This document shows positions 48,829-57,692 of a stretch of DNA of 64,000 nt, in pieces (position 1 is the first letter of the stretch; each line of letters starts with the position of its first letter). The position numbers and the translations under genes were made by a program. The stretch lies in NCBI GenBank assembly GCA_039028615.1, contig JBCCHT010000010.1:32001-96000 (forward strand), given 5' to 3'. This DNA comes from Myxococcota bacterium. GTDB lineage: Bacteria > Myxococcota_A > Polyangia > Nannocystales > Nannocystaceae. A model generated the notes under the pieces. The model saw only the letters and a program-made list of their open reading frames with translations, made no database searches and was not told where the DNA came from.

Positions 48829-49608
48829 ATGACACGAAGCGGGCATCATCTGAGTGGGCTGCTGGCCATGTTGCTGATCGTCGGATGTGACGACGGTGGT
48901 TCGAAGGCGTCGGGAGCTCCCAAGACCGCGGCCGCATCCGCGAAGAAGGCGGACGGCAAAGACAAAGCTCCGGCAGGCAAAGCCGCGATGCCGAAGCCGG
49001 CGGAGGTCAAGACGGCCGATGCCAAGGCGGACACACCAGCGGCGACGCCCACCCCGACGCCGGCCGAGGCTCCGCCCCCTGCGGCCGAGCCCGCGGTCGA
49101 GCCGGCCGCCGACTCGGCGGGGGAGCCCGAGCCCGATCCCGCGGCGGATCCCACCGCGCTGGTCGAGCCGGCTGGTGACGAAGACTCCGGCGGACCCGAG
49201 GACGATCCGGCGGCGGCCGACGATGGTGCGGCCACGGCCGACGGCGCGGAGCTCAACGACATCGACGCGGGCAACAGCACCACCTTGCTGCGAGTCGTGC
49301 TCGCCCACGACATGGAGAACCGGCAGCCGGTCGATCCGGCGGTCTCGTTCCCGCTGGGGCAGAAGGTCAACCTGTTCATCGAGGCTCGCAACGAGGGGAC
49401 CGAGGAGCACTCCGTGCGGGTGACCTGGGAGAAGGTGAGCAACGGGCGGCGCAGCGCGCCGACCACCGTGCGGGTTCCCACTCGCCGCAAGCTCCACCGG
49501 ACGCGCGCCTACCGGACGATCAAGCGCGCGGGCGAGTACAAGGCCATCGTGCTGGGCGCGGGCGACGAAGAGCTCGCCGTGCTGCCCTTCACCGTGCGCG
49601 AGAGCTAG
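48829..49608 (+). CDS. Lipoprotein with Pro/Ala linker and C-terminal DUF2914-like domain
   Basis: Lipobox IVG-C; ENRQPVD...VTW...HRTRAYRTI...GEY. Confidence 0.72.
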   Translation: MTRSGHHLSGLLAMLLIVGCDDGGSKASGAPKTAAASAKKADGKDKAPAGKAAMPKPAEVKTADAKADTPAATPTPTPAEAPPPAAEPAVEPAADSAGEPEPDPAADPTALVEPAGDEDSGGPEDDPAAADDGAATADGAELNDIDAGNSTTLLRVVLAHDMENRQPVDPAVSFPLGQKVNLFIEARNEGTEEHSVRVTWEKVSNGRRSAPTTVRVPTRRKLHRTRAYRTIKRAGEYKAIVLGAGDEELAVLPFTVRES

Positions 49609-49719
49609 CGGGCTCCACACGGCCTTTTTGAAGCGAATGACGCCGGGGCTCGTGCCTCGGCGTCGTCAATTGGGGCGAGTGCGTGCGCCCGGCCGCAAGT
49701 TGTGGCAAACACGCGGCGT

Positions 49720-50826
49720 ATGAGTGCGGCTGCAGGCGACGACGCGTGGACGGTGGGTCGCCTGCTGTCGTGGACCCAGCAGCGCTTTTCCGAGGTGGGC
49801 ATCGAGTCGCCGCGGGTCGACGCGGAGCACCTGCTGGCCTTCGCTCTGTCGTGCTCGCGCATGAGCTTGTACGTCGAGCACGGCAAGGTGGTCGAGGCGG
49901 ACGAGCGCGGCCGCTTTCGCGAGCTGGTCAAGCGTCGCCTGAGCCGCGAGCCCGTGGCGTACATCGAAGGCAAGCGGGGCTTTCATGCGCTCGACCTCGA
50001 GCTGCAGGTGGATCGTCGCGTGCTCATTCCGCGACCGGAGACCGAGCACTTGGTCGACTGGATGCTCGAGGAGCTGCCCGAGTGGGACCAGCCGCAGGGC
50101 GAGCCGGCGGATGCGGAGCTCGAGGTCTGGGATGGCGATCGCGAGCCCGAGGTGGCGATCGAGCCCGGGGCCGAGACCTATGTCGTGCTCGACGAGGACC
50201 CCCGGCAGGCGCTGGGCGACGCGGGCGAGGCCGAGAGCGAGCCCGGCCCGGAGACGGGCGCGACCCCGGAGGCTTCGACCGGAGCCGCGGCGCGGGCCGA
50301 GCTGCCCCCCGATCCTCGCGCCGTGCTCGATGTGGGCACGGGCTCGGGTGCGATCGCGCTCGCGCTCAAGCGAGCCCGCCCCACGATGCGCGTCGTGGCC
50401 TGCGACGTCAGCGAAGACGTCATCGCCGTCGCCCGCGGCAACATCCGGCGACTCGAGCTGGACATCGAAGTCCACCGCTCCGATCTGCTGGCCGGGCTTG
50501 TTCCGCCGCCGGGCGGGTGGTCGGCCATCGCCGCCAACCTTCCATACATTCCCGAGGCGGTCTGGCGTGACCTGGCTCCGGAGGTGCAGCGCTTCGAGCC
50601 ACGACTCGCGCTCGATGGCGGCGACGATGGTTTGGATCTACTGCGCAAGCTCGTGCACGATGCCCCCGATCACCTCGCGCCGGGCGGAGGCCTGTACCTG
50701 GAGATCGGCTACGACCAGGGCGAGTCCGTGCCCGAATTGCTGCGAGGACGGGGATTCGCCGACGTCACCCTGCGCCGCGATCTCGCCGGACACCCCCGCA
50801 TCGTTCGCGGGCGCTGGGACGGCTAG
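49720..50826 (+). CDS. prmC: Release factor glutamine N5-methyltransferase with acidic insertion
   Basis: EPVAYIEG, VLIPRPETE, LDVGTGSG, ANLPY, ALDGGDDGL, LEIG, RDLAG. Confidence 0.93.
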   Translation: MSAAAGDDAWTVGRLLSWTQQRFSEVGIESPRVDAEHLLAFALSCSRMSLYVEHGKVVEADERGRFRELVKRRLSREPVAYIEGKRGFHALDLELQVDRRVLIPRPETEHLVDWMLEELPEWDQPQGEPADAELEVWDGDREPEVAIEPGAETYVVLDEDPRQALGDAGEAESEPGPETGATPEASTGAAARAELPPDPRAVLDVGTGSGAIALALKRARPTMRVVACDVSEDVIAVARGNIRRLELDIEVHRSDLLAGLVPPPGGWSAIAANLPYIPEAVWRDLAPEVQRFEPRLALDGGDDGLDLLRKLVHDAPDHLAPGGGLYLEIGYDQGESVPELLRGRGFADVTLRRDLAGHPRIVRGRWDG

Positions 50827-50907
50827 ACCGCCGCGTTGGGCCCGCGCGGTTGCCCGTTTGTGCGGAAAACTTGGAGCGGCTCCTGGTCGAGCCGTAGCGT
50901 CGCGGTC

Positions 50908-51555
50908 ATGGCCACGAATGCGCTGGGTCCGCGATTGGTTCTCGCTCTCGCGATGTTGGCGGGCAGCACCGCCTGCGCCACCGGGGACGGGATGCAAAAC
51001 AAGCTGCGGGACGCCTCGTCGGCCTACAACCGCTCGATGCGCTGGGGCGACTTCGATCGTGCGGCGGGCTATCTGCCCGGGTCCTCCCAGCCCGCGTTCT
51101 TGGCCTCGCACGACGAGGTCTCCGACGATCTGATCATCGTCGACTACGAGCTCACCCGGCTCGATCTCGACAAGGCCTCGGGTATCGCCTCCTCACGGGC
51201 CGAGATCACCTGGCACACCGACCGGCGGTTGATCCTGGAGACCACCACCGTGGATCAGCTGTGGCAGTGGCATCAGGGCAACTTCGTACTGGTGGACGAG
51301 CGGCGTTCCGGCGGCAAGCCGCTGGGGATCTTCGCGGAGCCCGGTGAGGATGTGCATCCGTACTTGCCGGGGCTGGCCGCGTATCGAGAGCTGCACGGCA
51401 TCGGCAAGGACGAAAAGCAGCTTCGGAAGGAACGACGTCGGGATCGGCGGGAGGGCAAACAAGCGCCCGCGGCCGCACCCAGTGGCCCTGCCTCGGCGGC
51501 TGCGTTGGCGCTCGATGCTCCCCCGGACAGGGCCGGTTCGGGACAGAACCCCTAG
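50908..51555 (+). CDS. Hypothetical lipoprotein
   Basis: Lipobox STA-C; YNRSMRWGDF. Confidence 0.75.
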   Translation: MATNALGPRLVLALAMLAGSTACATGDGMQNKLRDASSAYNRSMRWGDFDRAAGYLPGSSQPAFLASHDEVSDDLIIVDYELTRLDLDKASGIASSRAEITWHTDRRLILETTTVDQLWQWHQGNFVLVDERRSGGKPLGIFAEPGEDVHPYLPGLAAYRELHGIGKDEKQLRKERRRDRREGKQAPAAAPSGPASAAALALDAPPDRAGSGQNP

Positions 51556-51672
51556 TGCCCATCGCGATCGGCTTTGCTCACTTCGCGATGGCTTCGGGGC
51601 GTTGTGCCCCGAGTGCTCGAAGGGGTGGGTGAAGGTGGTTCTGATCGAGAAAACGGCGTACAGTTGTTCGAG

Positions 51673-54171
51673 ATGGACCGCGGACGCGGCGACCGGTCGG
51701 GTATCCCAGGCCTACGGGTAGCGACCGGCGGCGGAGACCTCATCGAGGACATCCATCGCCAGCAGAGGCGTCGGGTGCTCAAGCGAGCAGCGCAGCTGAT
51801 CACGCTGGCGATTGCGTTGTTGTTGATCGGGGTCGCCTTCAAGGTCTTCAAGGATCGTCGCGCCCGCGCGCACGCGCTGACCTCGGCGTATGCCCACTTC
51901 ATCAAGGGCATCCCGCCCGAGATCGATGCGTCGATCCAAGTGCTCGAGCGCAGCATCGCCGACGTCGGCGGGGAGGACCCGGAGACTCTGGCGGCGCGGG
52001 CTCTGGCGCGGGGGCACCAGTGGGCGGAGTTCGGAATCGGCGAGGCCGAAGCGACGACCGCCCTGCAAGCCGTGCCCGACGGGACGCCGGGGCAAGCCCT
52101 GGTCCGCGGCATGATCGCGCTGGGCAACGGTGACCTCGAGGCGGCGCGTGCCGGGCTCGACGAAGATCCGGGGCTCGACGGCGAGGCCGAGCCGGGGCCC
52201 TTCGTCGTCAGCGAGCGCGTGTGGATGAAGGGGGTGCTCACCCTGGCGCAGTCACCCGACGATGCCGAGGCGATCGCGGCCGCCACCACCGAGCTGAAGG
52301 CACGGCTCGAAGAGTCGCCGCAGCAAGTGGCGGTGCGGCGGCAGCTGGTGCTCGCCCTGGTGCTCGGAGGCGACGGCGAGGGAGCGCTGGCCGAGCTGGC
52401 CATCGCCCGCGAGCACGCGCCCAGCCACATGGGCCTGTCCGCCGACGATGCGCTCTACAACGCGTCGCTGCACCAGAAGCTGTCGGGCGTCGCCAGCGTG
52501 GCGGAGCAGCTGCTCGCGCAGAAGCGCCGGGGCCTGAGCACCTCCGACCGGGCCCACGCCCAGCTCGCCCGCGCCGTGGTGCACGTGCAGAGCGGCGAGC
52601 ACGAAGAGGGCCTGAAGATGCTCGACGCCGCGTGGGACGGGCTGCCCGCCTGGGACCTGCTGTCCCGTCGCCTGGCCATCCGCTCCGCGCTCGAGGCAGG
52701 GGACTCCACCCGGATCGAGCAATGGGTCGACGACAGCGCGCTGCCGGAGGCCGAGGGCAACATCTATCGCGCGTGGGCGGTGCTGGTCGAAGGCGACGTC
52801 ATGGGGGCGTTGCGGCGGCTGGCCAAGCTCCCGCAGGCCGACCCGTGGGTGGGCTATCTGCAGGCGCTGGCCCTGGTCGAGCAGGGGCGCTTCGATGAAG
52901 CGGGCGCGTGGATCGAGCACACCGAGAAGAACCTTCGGCCCATGCGGCTGGAGATCGAGGTGGCACGGGCCCGCATGGAGCTGAGGCTGGGCGACAAGAA
53001 GGTCGCGCTGCGCAAGCTCAAGGCTCTGGCCGAGGAGGAAGCTCGGGCGCCGCGGGCCTGGACCGGGCTGGGCGAGGCCTATCTGCTGCAAGACGAGCCC
53101 GACCTGACCGAGGCCAAGAAGGCCTTCCAGCGGGCGATCGAGCGCGAGTCGCATCCGGCCGAGGCCATGCTGCGGCTGGCCGAGGTCTGGGACCTCCGAC
53201 GCACGGAGACCTTCGAGGCCATCCCCAAGGCGCGAGCTCTGCTCGAGCGCGCGGCCAAGACCAACCCGCACTTGCCTCGCTACCGCGAAGAGCTGGCGCT
53301 GTACCTCGCGGACATCGGCTATCCCGACGAGGCGCGGGAGCTGATGGAGGCCACCCTCGACGATCCGGGCATCGGCTGGACGCTGGTCCTCCGGCTCACC
53401 GAGCTGCAGGCCGACGATCGAGACGACTACGATCCCGAGCCGCTGCTGACCCGGGCCACCGAGCTCGGGGCGCCGCCGGTCGAGGTGTCGCTGGTGCGGG
53501 CGGCCATCGACATCGACAGCGGCGACAAAGATCGCATCGCCAAGGCCCAGGCCGACCTGGCCGCGCTGATCGGGACGGCGCCCACCAACGTGCAGGCCCG
53601 GGTCCTGTACTCGAAGACCTTCCTCAAGCAGTTCGATCGCAAGGCGGCCGAGACCGCGGTTCGCCGGGGCATCGCCGCGCTCGAGGACGAGAGCAAGGAC
53701 GGCCGGCTGCTGTTCGCCTGGGCGCAGATCGAGGCCCGCACCGCCAAGACCCGCCGCGCGGCGCCGCGGGCTCGCCGGGCGTGGCTGCACCTGTTGGCGG
53801 AGAACCGCCCGCCCCACGAGCTGCTCGACGTCGCGGACCTGGCCACGCGCCTGTGGCTCAAGATCAAGCGCGAGCGGCCGGCCCTGACCATCGCCGAGCA
53901 GCTCACCGACCGGCTCGGCTACCACAGCATGGCGTGGACGATTCGCGCGCGCACCGAGCTGACGGCCGGCGAGGCCGACAAGGCGCGGGCCAGCGCCAAG
54001 AAGGCCATCGAGATCGACGACCAGAACCCACGCGCGCACGAGATCCACGGCCATGCGTTGCTCCGCTACGGGCTCAAGGACAAGGCGCGGGCGGCCTACG
54101 AAAAAGCGGTGGAGCTGGTGAAGGGCACGCCCCTCGAAGGGCAGTACCGAGCCAACTTCAAGCGCTTCTGA
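51673..54171 (+). CDS. Membrane-anchored TPR protein
   Basis: N-terminal TM (LITLAIALLLIGVAF); multiple TPRs; start uncertain. Confidence 0.8.
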   Translation: MDRGRGDRSGIPGLRVATGGGDLIEDIHRQQRRRVLKRAAQLITLAIALLLIGVAFKVFKDRRARAHALTSAYAHFIKGIPPEIDASIQVLERSIADVGGEDPETLAARALARGHQWAEFGIGEAEATTALQAVPDGTPGQALVRGMIALGNGDLEAARAGLDEDPGLDGEAEPGPFVVSERVWMKGVLTLAQSPDDAEAIAAATTELKARLEESPQQVAVRRQLVLALVLGGDGEGALAELAIAREHAPSHMGLSADDALYNASLHQKLSGVASVAEQLLAQKRRGLSTSDRAHAQLARAVVHVQSGEHEEGLKMLDAAWDGLPAWDLLSRRLAIRSALEAGDSTRIEQWVDDSALPEAEGNIYRAWAVLVEGDVMGALRRLAKLPQADPWVGYLQALALVEQGRFDEAGAWIEHTEKNLRPMRLEIEVARARMELRLGDKKVALRKLKALAEEEARAPRAWTGLGEAYLLQDEPDLTEAKKAFQRAIERESHPAEAMLRLAEVWDLRRTETFEAIPKARALLERAAKTNPHLPRYREELALYLADIGYPDEARELMEATLDDPGIGWTLVLRLTELQADDRDDYDPEPLLTRATELGAPPVEVSLVRAAIDIDSGDKDRIAKAQADLAALIGTAPTNVQARVLYSKTFLKQFDRKAAETAVRRGIAALEDESKDGRLLFAWAQIEARTAKTRRAAPRARRAWLHLLAENRPPHELLDVADLATRLWLKIKRERPALTIAEQLTDRLGYHSMAWTIRARTELTAGEADKARASAKKAIEIDDQNPRAHEIHGHALLRYGLKDKARAAYEKAVELVKGTPLEGQYRANFKRF

Positions 54172-54238
54172 GCCCGAGGCGAGCGCGGAAGAGCGCTGAG
54201 GGCCAGGAATTCGACCCTGGCCCCCCGGCTGCGCCAAA

Positions 54239-55222
54239 ATGGGGACTACCGTGTCCCCCGTTCGTCATGGCAATTGGGCCCTAGGGCCGATCCTGGCCCT
54301 TTTCGGAGCCTGCCAGGGCGAGGCGGTGAGCGACGATGCGGGCTCGCAGGGGGTCTGCATCGCCGATCCGGTGCCCCATCGGGTGCTCGTCGACGAGTGC
54401 GAGACGGACGCGGACTGTCCCTTGGGCACCATCTGCGGTCTCCTGCCGGGCGCCGACGCTACCGCGTCCGAGGTCTGCACGCCGCCGCGGGGAGCTCATG
54501 CGCCCAGTGATGCGCTGACCGAGGGCTTCGGCGTTCCGCAGATGTCGGGAGGCTTGGCCTCGGTGGCGCTGCCCGTGGCCGACGGCGACGTGGTGGACGT
54601 GGAGCTGTCGTGGCGAGCCCCCAGCGACGCCCGGGTGGTGACCTGCGTGCTGCTGGCCTGCCCGCCCGTGATCGAGGACGGGACGATCATCAACTACGAC
54701 CAGTGCGTGCTGGCGCGGGCGACCTCGACGCAGACCCAGGGGGCCTTCAGCTTCGATGACGCGGGCTCGGTCTATGACGCCGGCTCGGTCGATGACTGCG
54801 ACGGAGCGGCGCCGACCGTCGACACGCGCGGCCAGTATGCGGTGACCGAGCTGCTCGCGGGATGCTGGGCCTACGGGTCCGCGAACTTGATCGCGGCGAC
54901 CCGGCTACTGCGGCCCACGCCCGATCAGGTCTCCGACTTTCACGACAACTTCGATCTCGACTGCCGAGGCAACGGCGCCGACGGCCGCACGTGCCTGCTC
55001 GAGGACGGGACCATGGGCTCGTGCTCAGCCGAGCAGTGCCTGCGTCGTTGCCTGCGGGACGAGGACTGTGCGCCCGACGGGACCCAGGCCCGCGAGGGCG
55101 CCTGCGATCGCTCGATCGTCTTCGGCATGCTCTCGGTCTGCGAAGACCTGGGCCCGGTTCGCACCGATGAGGACGAGGCGGCGGGGAGCGATGCGCGCCC
55201 CTGGGCGGGGGAGGGCCCCTGA
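54239..55222 (+). CDS. Cys-rich hypothetical lipoprotein
   Basis: ILALFGA-C; CETDADCPLGTIC and CLRDEDC motifs. Confidence 0.75.
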   Translation: MGTTVSPVRHGNWALGPILALFGACQGEAVSDDAGSQGVCIADPVPHRVLVDECETDADCPLGTICGLLPGADATASEVCTPPRGAHAPSDALTEGFGVPQMSGGLASVALPVADGDVVDVELSWRAPSDARVVTCVLLACPPVIEDGTIINYDQCVLARATSTQTQGAFSFDDAGSVYDAGSVDDCDGAAPTVDTRGQYAVTELLAGCWAYGSANLIAATRLLRPTPDQVSDFHDNFDLDCRGNGADGRTCLLEDGTMGSCSAEQCLRRCLRDEDCAPDGTQAREGACDRSIVFGMLSVCEDLGPVRTDEDEAAGSDARPWAGEGP

Positions 55223-55223
55223 C

Positions 55224-57692
55224 ATGCCGCTGACCGTCGAACTCGATGATGGCCAGCGCTGGCGGGTGTGCTCCTCGCACGCGCGCGTGAGCGTGAAGGT
55301 GCGGTTTACCGAGCTGCCGCGCGAGGGGGTCGAGCCTCAGCCCAAGATCCTCTACGAGAAGCGGACCACCCGGATGCTGCGCTTCCCGGTTCGCTCCAAG
55401 GCGCGGATGCTGAAGCGTCGCCCCGAGGAAGAGGACTGGACCGACGACGTCACCGTGGAGGCAGGCCTGTTCCTGTCGCGGCGCATCATCTTCGAGGTCG
55501 GCAAGCGCTACGACCCACCGCACGCGGCGAGCATCTGGCTCATCCCCAAGGCCTCGGCCGTGCTCGCGGCGGCGCTGCTGGTGGCGTGCCTGGTGACGCT
55601 GGCGTGGACCACCGCGGCCACGCTCTCCACGCTGCACCTGAACTTCTCGTACTCGGACGCGGTCACCGGGATCGGCGGCCTGACCCTGCTCGGCTTGGCG
55701 GGCAAGGTGATCCGCAGCGTCACCGACCAGGTGCGGCGGCACGGCGTTCCTCTCTATGGCGTGGGCTACATGCTCGGGCGCACCCTGGCGGCGTGCGTGA
55801 TGGTGAGCCTCACGCTGGGCCTGGTGATGCCGCAGTGCGTCACCACCGTCATCAACGACACCGAGGCGGAGATCGAGCTGACGATTCCCGGCTCTCCCGA
55901 TCGCGTGTCCTTGCGGCCGCACCAGCGGCTGACCTTCCTCGGGAACCCTTCGGGCGTGCGAGACAAGGTCAAGGACGGCTTCAGCAAGCCCGATCGCTTC
56001 TGCGCGGGGCGGGCGGATGCCACGTCGATGTTCGACAACGTGATCGAGGTGCTCGCCGAGACCCGAGAGCCCTGCCTCGCCTCGCTCGGGCAGGACGGCT
56101 CGGTGAGCACCGATGCGCCGCTATGGGGCTGGCTGTCGCCTTCGTCGATTCCGCTCGGGTGCACCTCGAGCCCGTGGGACGGGGTCGGCGTCGGCCAGGT
56201 GGAGCTGGAGACGCGCGTCGGGACCTACCCGAGCCCCCACAGCGACGGCCTCATGGTCGACTACAACGAAGCGTGCGAGCCGGTGAAGGGGGCCCATGTC
56301 CAGGTCAAACTCGACCCGCCGCCGGGCGAGAACTTCTTGGCCGCGTATCGCATCTGGCATCCCTTTACGGTCGAGCAGGTCGAGCAGACGGCCCGCGTGG
56401 CGGTAGAGTCGGAGCCGGGTCAGGCGCTGCGGCTGGTGATGTCCGACGAGGGGGAGGACGGGGCGGAGGCGGACAAACCCCGTCGCCCGCACCTGGTCGT
56501 CGATGCCCTGCAAGACGGCGGCATCTCGGCGCTGATGCCCACCCCGTTTGCCGCCAGCGTCTCGGAGCTATCGGTGTTGCTCGGGGGTCCCAGCGGTGAC
56601 CTCGAGCGCGCGCGGGTGCTCGAACAGGGGGCGTTGCGCTGTGTTCGGCACGACTCGGCCCTGCAGAGCTACTTCCGGCTGGTGCCCGTGCCGACCTACG
56701 GCAACCGGGCCCGGGTGCTCGAGCTGCGGGCTCGCTCCACCGCGTTGCCGGCCTGGGAATCGCAGTGGAACAACCTGCGGCCTTCGAGCGCGACCGGGGC
56801 CGCGCCGCGACTTTGCGTGGTGGCCCCCAGCCCGGACGGCGTCGCCACGACCCCGGCCATTCCGCCTCGCTCGCTGTCGCTGTCCGTGGCGGTGTCCTTC
56901 CCGCGTTTTGGTGAGTCGGTCTCGCTGCGCGTGCCTGCGTCCTATGCCGCCCGCGTGATCGAAGTTTCCGCCCAGTCGCCAGCGGGTGGGGTGATGCGGG
57001 GCAGCTTGACCTGTGTGCCCACCGGACCCGATGCGTTCGTCGCCTACGAGATCGGCCCGTTGTGGATCGAGGGAGCCAAGGGAGGCTCCGTCAACGACGT
57101 GTCCGAGCTGCAGATCGACTCGAAGGCCCCGGCCCCGACCGCGGCCGAGCTCGTCCAGCTCGAAGAGGATCGAAGCCGGTGCCGTCGCGAGCCTCCGTCG
57201 TGCAGCGCAGAGGGCTGCGAGCAGCTCGCCAAGCGCGTCGAGGTATGCCTCGAAGCGGCCCAAGGCAAGTACGACAACCAACGGCAGAAGATCGTCCGCA
57301 AGTACGAGTGGCGCTCGCAGTGGAGCACCGACGGCAACGAAGGGGCGAGCAACGCAGCTGGTTGGTTCCCGCCCTGGGTCTGCCGCCCCGTGCTCCCCGA
57401 CGATGCGGGCTGTCTCGGCTGCAACCGCGAGGTCTCCACGCCCAACCAGGTGACGGGGGATGTCCGAACGCGGCGCTGGAACGACGCCTCCGTGTTCCTG
57501 TCCGAGGGGCGCGCTCGGCTGCAGGTCTCGGGGCGCAAGCCCTGCTATCTCCACTTCGAAACCGGGCGTCCGCAGAACACCTGCCCCCGGTCCTGCGAGA
57601 AGCTCAAGGCCCCGCAGCTCAAGCGCTACAACCGGGATTTTGGGACTTCGTGCCCTGCCATCCACCTGTGCGATCCGAAGAAACAATGCTGA
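55224..57692 (+). CDS. Hypothetical membrane protein, 3 TM with large Cys-containing C-domain
   Basis: ATG 1 nt after the upstream stop with GGGGAGGG upstream; three hydrophobic helices; Cys-rich tail. Confidence 0.75.
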   Translation: MPLTVELDDGQRWRVCSSHARVSVKVRFTELPREGVEPQPKILYEKRTTRMLRFPVRSKARMLKRRPEEEDWTDDVTVEAGLFLSRRIIFEVGKRYDPPHAASIWLIPKASAVLAAALLVACLVTLAWTTAATLSTLHLNFSYSDAVTGIGGLTLLGLAGKVIRSVTDQVRRHGVPLYGVGYMLGRTLAACVMVSLTLGLVMPQCVTTVINDTEAEIELTIPGSPDRVSLRPHQRLTFLGNPSGVRDKVKDGFSKPDRFCAGRADATSMFDNVIEVLAETREPCLASLGQDGSVSTDAPLWGWLSPSSIPLGCTSSPWDGVGVGQVELETRVGTYPSPHSDGLMVDYNEACEPVKGAHVQVKLDPPPGENFLAAYRIWHPFTVEQVEQTARVAVESEPGQALRLVMSDEGEDGAEADKPRRPHLVVDALQDGGISALMPTPFAASVSELSVLLGGPSGDLERARVLEQGALRCVRHDSALQSYFRLVPVPTYGNRARVLELRARSTALPAWESQWNNLRPSSATGAAPRLCVVAPSPDGVATTPAIPPRSLSLSVAVSFPRFGESVSLRVPASYAARVIEVSAQSPAGGVMRGSLTCVPTGPDAFVAYEIGPLWIEGAKGGSVNDVSELQIDSKAPAPTAAELVQLEEDRSRCRREPPSCSAEGCEQLAKRVEVCLEAAQGKYDNQRQKIVRKYEWRSQWSTDGNEGASNAAGWFPPWVCRPVLPDDAGCLGCNREVSTPNQVTGDVRTRRWNDASVFLSEGRARLQVSGRKPCYLHFETGRPQNTCPRSCEKLKAPQLKRYNRDFGTSCPAIHLCDPKKQC

